Shown: positions 19,386 to 27,165 of the stretch, piece by piece
How positions within the stretch are numbered: the first letter of the stretch is position 1
How the letters are laid out: each line of letters opens with the position of its first letter
Origin: a virus
Taxonomy: Duplodnaviria; Caudoviricetes
Strand: one strand, 5' to 3'
Length of the DNA: 64,000 bases
IMG/VR virus record: IMGVR_UViG_3300011008_000012
Location: 1-64,000 of that record
The notes under the pieces: model-generated
What the model was told of the DNA's origin: nothing
Seen by the model: the letters and a program-made list of their open reading frames with translations, nothing else
Databases searched by the model: none
Translations under genes and position numbers: made by a program

Positions 19386-19389
19386 GAAC

Positions 19390-19465
19390 AGCGGCGTAGC
19401 ACAATCGGTTAGTGCATTGGACTTTGACTCCAACGATGTCGGTTCGATTCCGACCGCCGCCGCCA
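19390..19465 (+). tRNA. tRNA-Gln(TTG)
   Basis: ttgga-ctttgac-tccaa anticodon arm, 1-72 mismatch, GCCA end. Confidence 0.92.
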
Positions 19466-19466
19466 T

Positions 19467-19542
19467 GCTGGTATAGCTCAGTTGGTAGAGCAGCTGATTT
19501 GTAATCAGCAGGTCGGGGGTTCGAGTCCCCCTACCAGCTCCA
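19467..19542 (+). tRNA. tRNA-Thr(TGT)
   Basis: gctga-tttgtaa-tcagc; canonical cloverleaf, CCA. Confidence 0.95.
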
Positions 19543-19568
19543 TTCAAAATACTATGGGAGGTATTATT

Positions 19569-20117
19569 ATGACAAGGCAGGAATTTGTCGATGGCGTGAC
19601 TGAATGGTATGAGCTCATGGAGTTCTGCCAGGACTACGGCATTGAAGTGTGTGATGATGTCATTGACGAAGAAGACTATGAAAGCAATGTGGAAGACGAT
19701 ATCTGCGACCGCGACTGCGGCTGGAGCACTCTTCGGGATTGCCTGAACGATCTTCCGGAGGGCGATTACTCGTATTACCACCGCAATGGCTGGCTCGACT
19801 ATGAAGGTCTTGACGAATACGGAGATTTCCGCGCCTATAAGCAGGATGTCCTTGACTGGATGGACCATTACGGCGAATGGGATGAAGAGGAAGAGGATGA
19901 AGAAGACGAGTACGACTGGTACGATGAATTCGTCGGCGGAGAATGTGACGAAGAACCGGAAGATGACGATGAGCCCGTCGTGGAAATCGACTTCGCGTTC
20001 GTGATTTCTTCCGGCCAGGGTCATCTCCAGATGCTTATGGAGGATGCTGTAAAGGCGGATGAAGAGGACGCCGCTCTCGTAGATGAAGCGGCCGACCTTA
20101 TCCTATCACCGGTTTGA
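19569..20117 (+). CDS. highly acidic hypothetical protein
   Basis: GGAGG RBS before ATG 19569; very Asp/Glu rich with many Trp/Tyr. Confidence 0.8.
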   Translation: MTRQEFVDGVTEWYELMEFCQDYGIEVCDDVIDEEDYESNVEDDICDRDCGWSTLRDCLNDLPEGDYSYYHRNGWLDYEGLDEYGDFRAYKQDVLDWMDHYGEWDEEEEDEEDEYDWYDEFVGGECDEEPEDDDEPVVEIDFAFVISSGQGHLQMLMEDAVKADEEDAALVDEAADLILSPV

Positions 20118-20162
20118 TAATAGGCCGCGTCAGGCGGGAGGCGAAACCGCAGGCGCGGCTTT

Positions 20163-20366
20163 TGTACCCCATGCAGATGAATTGTCGATACATATCCGCT
20201 TCGGCAGTTGCTTCTGCGCTCCGCAGAAGTTTCGGAATGGTAGCTGCGTCGGTGCCTTATTTTAATTTTCAATTTCAGCGAAATTGAAAATTAAAATGTC
20301 TCCGACGGCGGCTCAGTGCATGTGCTGACTTGACTAACACGTGTGTCAGCACACGGATGGGGTACA
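20163..20366 (+). ncRNA. retron-like msr/msd ncRNA unit 4
   Basis: IR tgtaccccat/atggggtaca; G20173; hairpin aattgtcga/tcggcagtt; gcttctgcgctccgcagaagt at 20210-20230; long AT-rich msd-like hairpin. Confidence 0.85.
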
Positions 20367-20418
20367 TCGTGGGGCTGGTCTCCCAGCCCCATTATTCTGA
20401 ATGAAAGGCGATCTGAGA

Positions 20419-20778
20419 ATGACACACGACGAATTCTTAAGAGCGTTCATTGATACAGAACATAAGATCAGCGTAAAATGCGAGACGGTCGAAGAACGAG
20501 AGCATATCTGTGAGCTTCTTGAGGAAAACGGAATACCAAGAAATCCGGAGTCAAAAGAAAACTATATCAGAAATCCGGCGAGTAAAATGTACATGTATCC
20601 CGGAATCGACAGTAATGGCAAAACATTCTGCTTATGGGCACATGCGTCCAGTTTTTCGTCTGTGATTTCTTACAAAGAAGCTGTCGAGGTGCTTTCAAGC
20701 CCAGACGATGAAGATGGCGTGTTGTTGGAAGGTTTCGATGACGAGCTCGCCTCGCTGATGGGAGTGGCGTACAGGTGA
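20419..20778 (+). CDS. hypothetical protein (paralog of 20775 and probably 26013)
   Basis: shares MT..EF, CETVEER and acidic tail with the next gene. Confidence 0.75.
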   Translation: MTHDEFLRAFIDTEHKISVKCETVEEREHICELLEENGIPRNPESKENYIRNPASKMYMYPGIDSNGKTFCLWAHASSFSSVISYKEAVEVLSSPDDEDGVLLEGFDDELASLMGVAYR

Positions 20779-21134
20779 CACGAGAAGAATTTGACAAATG
20801 CTTTATACAAGATCATTACTTCATCCGATGCGAGACCGTTGAGGAACGCAATATGATGGTCGATCTGCTGGTCGAATACGGCTTCAAGCATCACCCGCTA
20901 TCCGTTGAGTATGTGGAGAACAACCCGACGGACACGACATACATGCACATCGGTATGGATAATGATGATGAGGAGGGAATCTGCTTTGTGCTTTGGAGCG
21001 GCAGATACATCCCTTCTGAAACCACGCTTTCATATGAAGATGCCGTAAGTGCTCTCACAGGAGTAGAGGACGACGACCAGCCGGATGAAGACTTCTGCGA
21101 TATGCTGAATACTTTTATGTGTGCTGTGCTATGA
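20775..21134 (+). CDS. hypothetical protein (paralog of 20419)
   Basis: IRCETVEERNMMVDLLVEYG; coupled GTGA start. Confidence 0.75.
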   Translation: MTREEFDKCFIQDHYFIRCETVEERNMMVDLLVEYGFKHHPLSVEYVENNPTDTTYMHIGMDNDDEEGICFVLWSGRYIPSETTLSYEDAVSALTGVEDDDQPDEDFCDMLNTFMCAVL

Positions 21135-21634
21135 AGAAATACAAATCAGGTATGTATGGCGGCAAGTTTATGCCGTTCCATAAGGGGCATTTACATTGCC
21201 TCGAATACGCCGCGTCGCTCTGCGACGTGGTTTATCTTTTGCTGGTGCTTGGCGGGAAACAGGAAGAAGAGATCAGGCGTAAGAGTTTTATGGGGATTTA
21301 CCATAGAGTTCTTACCGATCCTGAGCCGCGTAAGCAACAGATCGAAAAGGTTGCCGCCATGTTTGATAACGTGATCCCGGTTGTCATTGACGTTTCGTCA
21401 TGTCGGGATGAGAACGGTGAGGAAAGCTGGGATATGGAAACGCCGATCGTTCTTGAGGCGTGCGGTCGGTTCGACGCTGTATTTGGCAGCGAGCCGGAAT
21501 ACGCGCCGTATTTCAAAAGAGCCTATCCGTGGGCGACCTACGAACTAGTTGATCCAGAGAGAAAAGAAGTTCCCATCAGCGCGACAGCGGTTCGCGAAAT
21601 GGGAATCGAAGAAGCAAAACAATGGATTATTTAG
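21131..21634 (+). CDS. NadR-like nucleotidyltransferase (NMN adenylyltransferase family)
   Basis: GGKFMPFHKGH, VFGSE, VDPERKEVPISATAVR. Confidence 0.85.
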   Translation: MKKYKSGMYGGKFMPFHKGHLHCLEYAASLCDVVYLLLVLGGKQEEEIRRKSFMGIYHRVLTDPEPRKQQIEKVAAMFDNVIPVVIDVSSCRDENGEESWDMETPIVLEACGRFDAVFGSEPEYAPYFKRAYPWATYELVDPERKEVPISATAVREMGIEEAKQWII

Positions 21635-21642
21635 GAGGCAAT

Positions 21643-22377
21643 ATGAGCATCAAAAAGAGTGAGCGCAATCTGATCCGTTCTTTCAAGAGCCTGAAATGGT
21701 ACGAATGGGTCATGGCCGGCATCATGGTCGTGATCGCCGCATACGCGATGGTAACGGCGTTCGTTGATCCTGCGTCAAGCGAGAATCCTGCGTGGCTCAC
21801 GATCGTCAACTTTGTCAGCGCGGTCTGTGGCGTCGTCTGCATTTTCTTCTGTGCCAGAGCGAGTATCTCAAACTTCGGGTTCGGCCTCGTCAATACGGTC
21901 GTGTACATAGTGTATCTGGCGTACTGGAAGATCTACGGCACGATGTGTCTCGAACTCCTCCTTTATCTCCCTCTAAATATCATTTCGTGGATCGCATGGT
22001 CGAGGCATCGTGATGAGACGCAGCAGGAGCTGACAAAGGCGAGGAAAATGACATGGTGGCAGGACGCCATTGTGGTCGGCGTCGTCGGTATCTCTACGGT
22101 GATCTATCACGCGATCCTTGTTCGCGTCGGCGGTACGGTTGCGTGGCTTGACGCGGCAACGGTCGCGATCGGCATCATTGCCACGTTCCTTGAGCTGTTC
22201 CGGTATCGTGAGCAGTATGTTCTCTGGATCGTTACGGATATCGTCGCGGTGGCTATGTACATCGTACACTTCGATACCGTGTATCTGACCAAGAAATCCA
22301 TCTACCTGATTATGGCTGTAATCGGTCTTATCAACTGGTATAAGCTCAACAAATCGAGGAACGCGACCAATGAGTAA
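21643..22377 (+). CDS. pnuC: PnuC-family nicotinamide riboside transporter
   Basis: multiple TM helices, AWLDA, RYREQYVLWIVTDIV; next to a NadR-like gene. Confidence 0.8.
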   Translation: MSIKKSERNLIRSFKSLKWYEWVMAGIMVVIAAYAMVTAFVDPASSENPAWLTIVNFVSAVCGVVCIFFCARASISNFGFGLVNTVVYIVYLAYWKIYGTMCLELLLYLPLNIISWIAWSRHRDETQQELTKARKMTWWQDAIVVGVVGISTVIYHAILVRVGGTVAWLDAATVAIGIIATFLELFRYREQYVLWIVTDIVAVAMYIVHFDTVYLTKKSIYLIMAVIGLINWYKLNKSRNATNE

Positions 22378-22885
22378 GCCGAAGCTCTACATGATGTGCG
22401 GTCTTAGCGGAAGCGGCAAGACCACCTTCGCTAAGAGCTACGCTGAGGAAGATCATTTGCATTATCTCTGCCCTGATGATTTCTATCGCCTATTCAACGG
22501 CGATGATCGTAAACACATCAATGAGTTTGAGATCTGGATGGCATTGTTCCGTGCGCTCCATATGGCAGAGCAACAGGGAATCGATACGATCTTCGATACG
22601 AATAATCCAACGTATGTTGGTAGAATCCAGCTCCTTGACTGGTTTCCGGGTTTTGAAACACATCTTATTTACATTGAGACAGACAAAGAGCTGTGCCGAG
22701 AGAACAACAGGTCGCGTCGTCGTGTCATCCCAGAGCAGGAAATGGATCGCATGATTCGCGTATTTGAACCGCCGTCTTTTGATGAGGACGATCGTTATCA
22801 TACGTTTTCTCATTATCGCAATAAAAACAATAGCGGTTTTGAGCTTGTTGATCAAATTGGGCGTGGACAGTACGCCTATTTGTAA
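22370..22885 (+). CDS. P-loop kinase (AAA_33-like)
   Basis: MCGLSGSGKTT, DTNN, ENNRSRRRVIP. Confidence 0.8.
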   Translation: MSKPKLYMMCGLSGSGKTTFAKSYAEEDHLHYLCPDDFYRLFNGDDRKHINEFEIWMALFRALHMAEQQGIDTIFDTNNPTYVGRIQLLDWFPGFETHLIYIETDKELCRENNRSRRRVIPEQEMDRMIRVFEPPSFDEDDRYHTFSHYRNKNNSGFELVDQIGRGQYAYL

Positions 22886-22908
22886 TAACTATCATAAGGA
22901 GTAAGTAC

Positions 22909-23892
22909 ATGTTTCTTTTCATTCTCGCAATCATTGTCATGGTGGCCGGAATTGTGGCCGGTGCGTGCTTCAAGAACGCCAATGAGGCAAAGATCGGTAA
23001 GACAATCCGCTCTGTTGCTATCGTGGTAGCCGTCTTGATGCTTCTCGGTTCATGTATGGCAGTCGTACCTACCGGGTATACGGGAATCCTGACGACGTTC
23101 GGCAGGGTTGAGAACAGAACCGTCAATGCTGGTGCGAACTTCATCGCCCCCTGGCAGAAGGTTGTGAAGATGGATAATCGAACGCAAAAGGTGCAGATTG
23201 AAACCTCGGCATTCTCCAGCGATATCCAGCAGGTGGATCTTCAGCTTTCTGTGAACTATTGCATCGATCAGGCAACGGCGCAGGAACTGTACCGCACAGT
23301 TGGTCTGAACTATTACGAGAACGTCATGTATCCCCGTGTGATCGAGAACACAAAGGCGATCTTTTCGCAGTACACGGCGGAGAATCTGATTGCCAGCCGT
23401 GATACGCTGTCCGATCTGATCGCAGAGAGCACTACGACGGATATGGCATCCTACGGCATCACAATCGTCTCTATCGCTATCGAGGATATTGACTTCACCG
23501 ATGCGTTTACTAACGCGGTCGAAGCGAAGCAGGTAGCTGCGCAGAACAAGCTGACTGCGGAAACTGAGCAGGCTCGTATGACGATGGAGGAACAGGCCGC
23601 CGCAGATCGTTCTGTGATCGCCGCGAACGCCGAAGCAGAGAAGGCTATCATTGCCGCAAATGCGGATCTGGAGGTCGTTAAGATCCAGGCGGAGGCGGCG
23701 CTGTATGCCGGTGAGCGTGAGGCGGAAATGAACCAGCGGATTGCTGGGGCCCTGACGAGAGAACTGATCAGCTACTACTGGATCAAACAGTGGGACGGTA
23801 TGCTCCCGTCAACCGTTCTCGGATCGGATTCCTCGTTTATGATCGATTTGACCGATAGTTCGACTCCGCGTTCCTCAGCCTCGGGTGAGTAA
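22909..23892 (+). CDS. SPFH/prohibitin family membrane protein
   Basis: two TM helices, VPTGYTGILTTFG, AVEAKQVA, WDG. Confidence 0.88.
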   Translation: MFLFILAIIVMVAGIVAGACFKNANEAKIGKTIRSVAIVVAVLMLLGSCMAVVPTGYTGILTTFGRVENRTVNAGANFIAPWQKVVKMDNRTQKVQIETSAFSSDIQQVDLQLSVNYCIDQATAQELYRTVGLNYYENVMYPRVIENTKAIFSQYTAENLIASRDTLSDLIAESTTTDMASYGITIVSIAIEDIDFTDAFTNAVEAKQVAAQNKLTAETEQARMTMEEQAAADRSVIAANAEAEKAIIAANADLEVVKIQAEAALYAGEREAEMNQRIAGALTRELISYYWIKQWDGMLPSTVLGSDSSFMIDLTDSSTPRSSASGE

Positions 23893-23926
23893 ACCCGATT
23901 TAGGGGCGGTTTTCCGCCCCACATAT

Positions 23927-24002
23927 CTGGGTGTAGCTCAGTTGGCAGAGCGCGTGGCCTGGGACCACGAGGCCGGGGGTTCGAGACCCTCCACTCAGAC
24001 CA
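23927..24002 (+). tRNA. tRNA-Pro(TGG)
   Basis: cgtgg-cctggga-ccacg; CCA; C at position 33. Confidence 0.9.
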
Positions 24003-24076
24003 GCCTCCTTTTATAATACACTTCCCAAGGTTCCTTGGTTTTCCTCTGTCTCGGGCAGAAAAAGCCAAGATATTAT

Positions 24077-24152
24077 GGTGCGTTAGTTCAATGGGTAGAA
24101 CCACCGGCTCATAACCGGCAAGTTCAGAGTTCGAGTCTCTGGCGTGCCACCA
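24077..24152 (+). tRNA. tRNA-Met/Ile2(CAT)
   Basis: ccgg-ctcataa-ccgg; CCA. Confidence 0.88.
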
Positions 24153-24156
24153 TCAT

Positions 24157-24233
24157 GCGGTCTTGGTGTTTAACGGTCAGCACACCGGTCTTCCAAACCG
24201 GGAGTACGGGTTCAAATCCCGCAGATCGCTCCA
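24157..24233 (+). tRNA. tRNA-Gly(TCC)
   Basis: ccggt-cttccaa-accgg; TCCA end. Confidence 0.92.
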
Positions 24234-24238
24234 ATTAT

Positions 24239-24327
24239 GCTGGCGTACTGTAACTGGTAACAGCCCGGTCCTGAAAACCGAGAGTAGATGAAAGTCTATG
24301 TGGGTTCGAGCCCCTCCGCTGGCGCCA
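24239..24327 (+). tRNA. tRNA-Ser(TGA)
   Basis: loop cctgaaa, long variable arm, GCCA end. Confidence 0.85.
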
Positions 24328-24594
24328 CCGGTAGAAACCAATCATTTGCAGGAAACGCTCCGGAAAGATACGCGATCCTTCCGGCCGCCCGTCAGCCAAG
24401 CGTTGTAATACCTGCGGACTCCGAAGCACAGAAGTACAATGTGTTTCGCCGCAGTTATAGTTTGGAGGCTGATGTTATTGAACGGAATCGCACATAGGCG
24501 GCCTCTGGCATCCGAATCATCTGCGGAGCCAATGGGAAGAGAGATGGAAAGGGAGGTGCGACACGAGGGTTTTGGTGGTTAGGCTCTCTCATAT

Positions 24595-24671
24595 GCGCCA
24601 GTAACTCAGATGGTTAGAGTAGCTGATTTTTAATCTGCCTGTCGGAGGTTCGAGTCCTCTCTGGCGCACCA
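24595..24671 (+). tRNA. tRNA-Lys(TTT)
   Basis: loop tttttaa; gcgccag/ctggcgc + ACCA. Confidence 0.88.
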
Positions 24672-24960
24672 CGATACATACTGGGAGGTAAATATGTTTG
24701 GAGGACCGATGCTTATTTGCACCAAGGAAGAGCTTGGTAAGATGAAGCGATTTAGACAAGGAGGTAAACAGATGAGCGTAGTTGAACTGATCGTTGCGCT
24801 TGAGGGGCTGTACGCAAAGTACGGCGATATAAGAGTTTCGGTTTTGGACGAGGAGGCATGGATCAACTATCCAAAGATTAAGGCACGCGGTGTTGAAGGT
24901 GACGACCTTGAAGATGGTGAGTCTCCGTATATTGCCGTGGCATTTAGTAGGTGATGCGAT

Positions 24961-25293
24961 ATGGTAGATATTTCTACGCTTTCTCCCGGCGACGTAGTAA
25001 AGATCGTTGACCAGTGGGGACGTGGCTGTTGCGAAAATCCATATGGTCTGATGGATCATTGGCTCGGAAAGACAATGACGGTGCGCAAATTGTACGAAGG
25101 CAAATATGCGTACATGGAGGAAGATAAAGACGACCGCATGGGCTGTGATGGGTGGCATTGGTTCGCAGACGCGATCGATTATGTCGTGCTTCGGGCTGAG
25201 GATATAGATAATATCGACGACGGCGATTACGAGATAGACGATGATGAGATCATGTCGATTCTGGAATTTGCGAGAAAGGATATTTGGGTATGA
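24961..25293 (+). CDS. hypothetical protein with acidic tail
   Basis: 110 aa, AGGTG RBS. Confidence 0.7.
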   Translation: MVDISTLSPGDVVKIVDQWGRGCCENPYGLMDHWLGKTMTVRKLYEGKYAYMEEDKDDRMGCDGWHWFADAIDYVVLRAEDIDNIDDGDYEIDDDEIMSILEFARKDIWV

Positions 25294-25940
25294 TCGCTAA
25301 AATCAATATCGGATACGAAACGTCGTGGCGTGAGATGGCAGACGATCTGCGGACCGGTACAGAGAACTATGCGCTCAATAGCGGGAGCATCGTGGACGCC
25401 CGCTTAACCGATGGACGTGTCATTGAGTTCAAAGTATGTCGTGATGAAAGAGGCAAGGTATTCTTCCTGTCCAACAACATCACATTCAGGCATCGGATGA
25501 ACGAGCGCGATACGAACGCCGGAGGATGGCGTGACAGCGAGATGCGCAGTTATCTTCAGGACGAGATCTACCCATTGCTGTCTGATGAGCTTCGGTCTGT
25601 GATACAGCCGACACGCATCGTTCAGGTTTTGAACGGCGAGCGCATCGAAACGCTTGATAAGCTGTTCATTCCTTCTCGTACACAAATGTTTGGCATCGGA
25701 GACTACTCTGATGCAGAGCCGGAAGATACGCAGCTCGACATCTTTCATTGTAATTTGGATCGTGTCAAGGCGCGTGGCGGCGATCCGTGCTGGTATTGGC
25801 TTCGCTCTCCCGCCCTTGGCTACACCACCTACTTCATGTTTGTCAACAACGGCGGCAACCTCTACTACTACACCGGCGCGAGCTCCAACTATGGCGTGTG
25901 CCTCGGCTTCTCTATCGAAGAAAATGAAATTTTGTTCTAG
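25284..25940 (+). CDS. DUF6273-like protein with DGR variable-region-like C-terminus
   Basis: TNAGGWRDSEMRSYL, DKLFIPS, YWLRSP..GVCLGF. Confidence 0.75.
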   Translation: MGMIAKINIGYETSWREMADDLRTGTENYALNSGSIVDARLTDGRVIEFKVCRDERGKVFFLSNNITFRHRMNERDTNAGGWRDSEMRSYLQDEIYPLLSDELRSVIQPTRIVQVLNGERIETLDKLFIPSRTQMFGIGDYSDAEPEDTQLDIFHCNLDRVKARGGDPCWYWLRSPALGYTTYFMFVNNGGNLYYYTGASSNYGVCLGFSIEENEILF

Positions 25941-26012
25941 TTTTGAAACGAGTCGCTACGAAAAGAAAAGAATCGATCGGGCGGCTTTAGACCGCCCATA
26001 CGGAGGAAAGTA

Positions 26013-26351
26013 ATGATAGCTTCCGAGGAACAGTATAGAGAATTTATTAAAGGCAGACTTGTTGTTCACTGTAATAGCGAAAACGAAAAAGTTTCGTTTT
26101 TTTTGTGGGCACGAGAATGCGGCCTTGATCTTAGTCGTTCTGCTCAGACGACATTAGAGTTTCCCGACCAAACTAATATGAGCTACCCGTTTGTGCATTA
26201 TGATATACCACACAAAAGTGTTGTCGGAATGGCGAATCCGCATGAGCGTTTTGAACGTGTAGAATTCGATGATTTCTTCGGATGCGATGAAGAGAACCAG
26301 ATCGACGATAGTTTTACGGACGAGCTGTTTCAAATCATCGGAAGTGTATAA
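26013..26351 (+). CDS. hypothetical protein, distant paralog of 20419/20775
   Basis: VVHCNSENEK, acidic tail; GGAGG RBS. Confidence 0.7.
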   Translation: MIASEEQYREFIKGRLVVHCNSENEKVSFFLWARECGLDLSRSAQTTLEFPDQTNMSYPFVHYDIPHKSVVGMANPHERFERVEFDDFFGCDEENQIDDSFTDELFQIIGSV

Positions 26352-26574
26352 AACGAGTGTTTCATCGTCAAAATAACACAATATATTGATGCCAAAGAGC
26401 TTCAATGACAGAATATCTTGATGAAAAATAACGCATATAAGAAAAGCTATCACATCGACAGGTTTGCGAGGCACTATTGGTGTGATCATGCGCGGCTCAA
26501 CCAGCTCCGTGCTGACAAGAAAGCCGCGAAACGCAAGGTCCGCCGTGAGAACAAGCGGCTGACTGCTTAATATA

Positions 26575-26744
26575 GTATTCGGTGGCGGAATAGAGCTGAC
26601 CGGAGCGAATATGCGTAAGCATGATAAACCGGAGGCGGCAGGGAGGGCGACGTTACACGAAGTTGACCCTGTCAGTAGACGCTATGTAACAGAGCGGCCA
26701 TTTAAGCGGCTGGTATGTCGGGTGGAAATCCCGGCCCGAATACA
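26575..26744 (+). ncRNA. tRNA-like RNA with large D-loop insertion
   Basis: gtattcgg/ccgaatac closing stem; tggcggaatag...gtagacgc D-arm halves about 85 nt apart; T-like arm gtcggg-tggaaat-cccggc. Confidence 0.55.
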
Positions 26745-26768
26745 TCGTTAAAGAAGGGAAATACTTAG

Positions 26769-27164
26769 ATGAAAAAGATTATCTCAATTCTGTTGTGCGC
26801 TGTGATCGCGTTCGCGCTCTGCGGATGCGAGACAGAAGCGAATAAGGTTTCTTACAATCTGTCTCAGCAGGCGGATAACTTCAATGTTGTGCGCCAGCTC
26901 ACGGTTATCAACTGCATCCAGGGAGACACGCTCTTCCAGATGACAGGGAAAATGTCGATCAAGGCGGATACAGCGGATAACCAGCTTGAGATCATTGTCG
27001 AGAACGACGACGGGTCATATCAGAAGCATTTTGTCGGTCTGAGCGACAATGTTACATATGTCGTAGAAGATGTGTCATCGAATTTCGTCGGGAAGTATCA
27101 TTACACGCTGTACTTCAATCCGAAGATGTGGATTCCGTATGACACCGTTGCGCTGATCGACTGA
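26769..27164 (+). CDS. phage lipoprotein
   Basis: signal peptide with lipobox ALCGC. Confidence 0.8.
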   Translation: MKKIISILLCAVIAFALCGCETEANKVSYNLSQQADNFNVVRQLTVINCIQGDTLFQMTGKMSIKADTADNQLEIIVENDDGSYQKHFVGLSDNVTYVVEDVSSNFVGKYHYTLYFNPKMWIPYDTVALID

Positions 27165-27165
27165 T

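Noticed and set aside
19095-20024. Long minus-strand ORFs (for example 19095-20024, 34286-35248, 9577-10332)
   Set aside because: Antisense shadows of codon-biased + strand genes and tRNAs, without RBS or recognisable motifs.
18817-20230. Repeated 22-mer as a CRISPR array
   Set aside because: Only three exact copies, spaced 329 and 1064 bp apart, each embedded in a larger structured unit; no cas operon.
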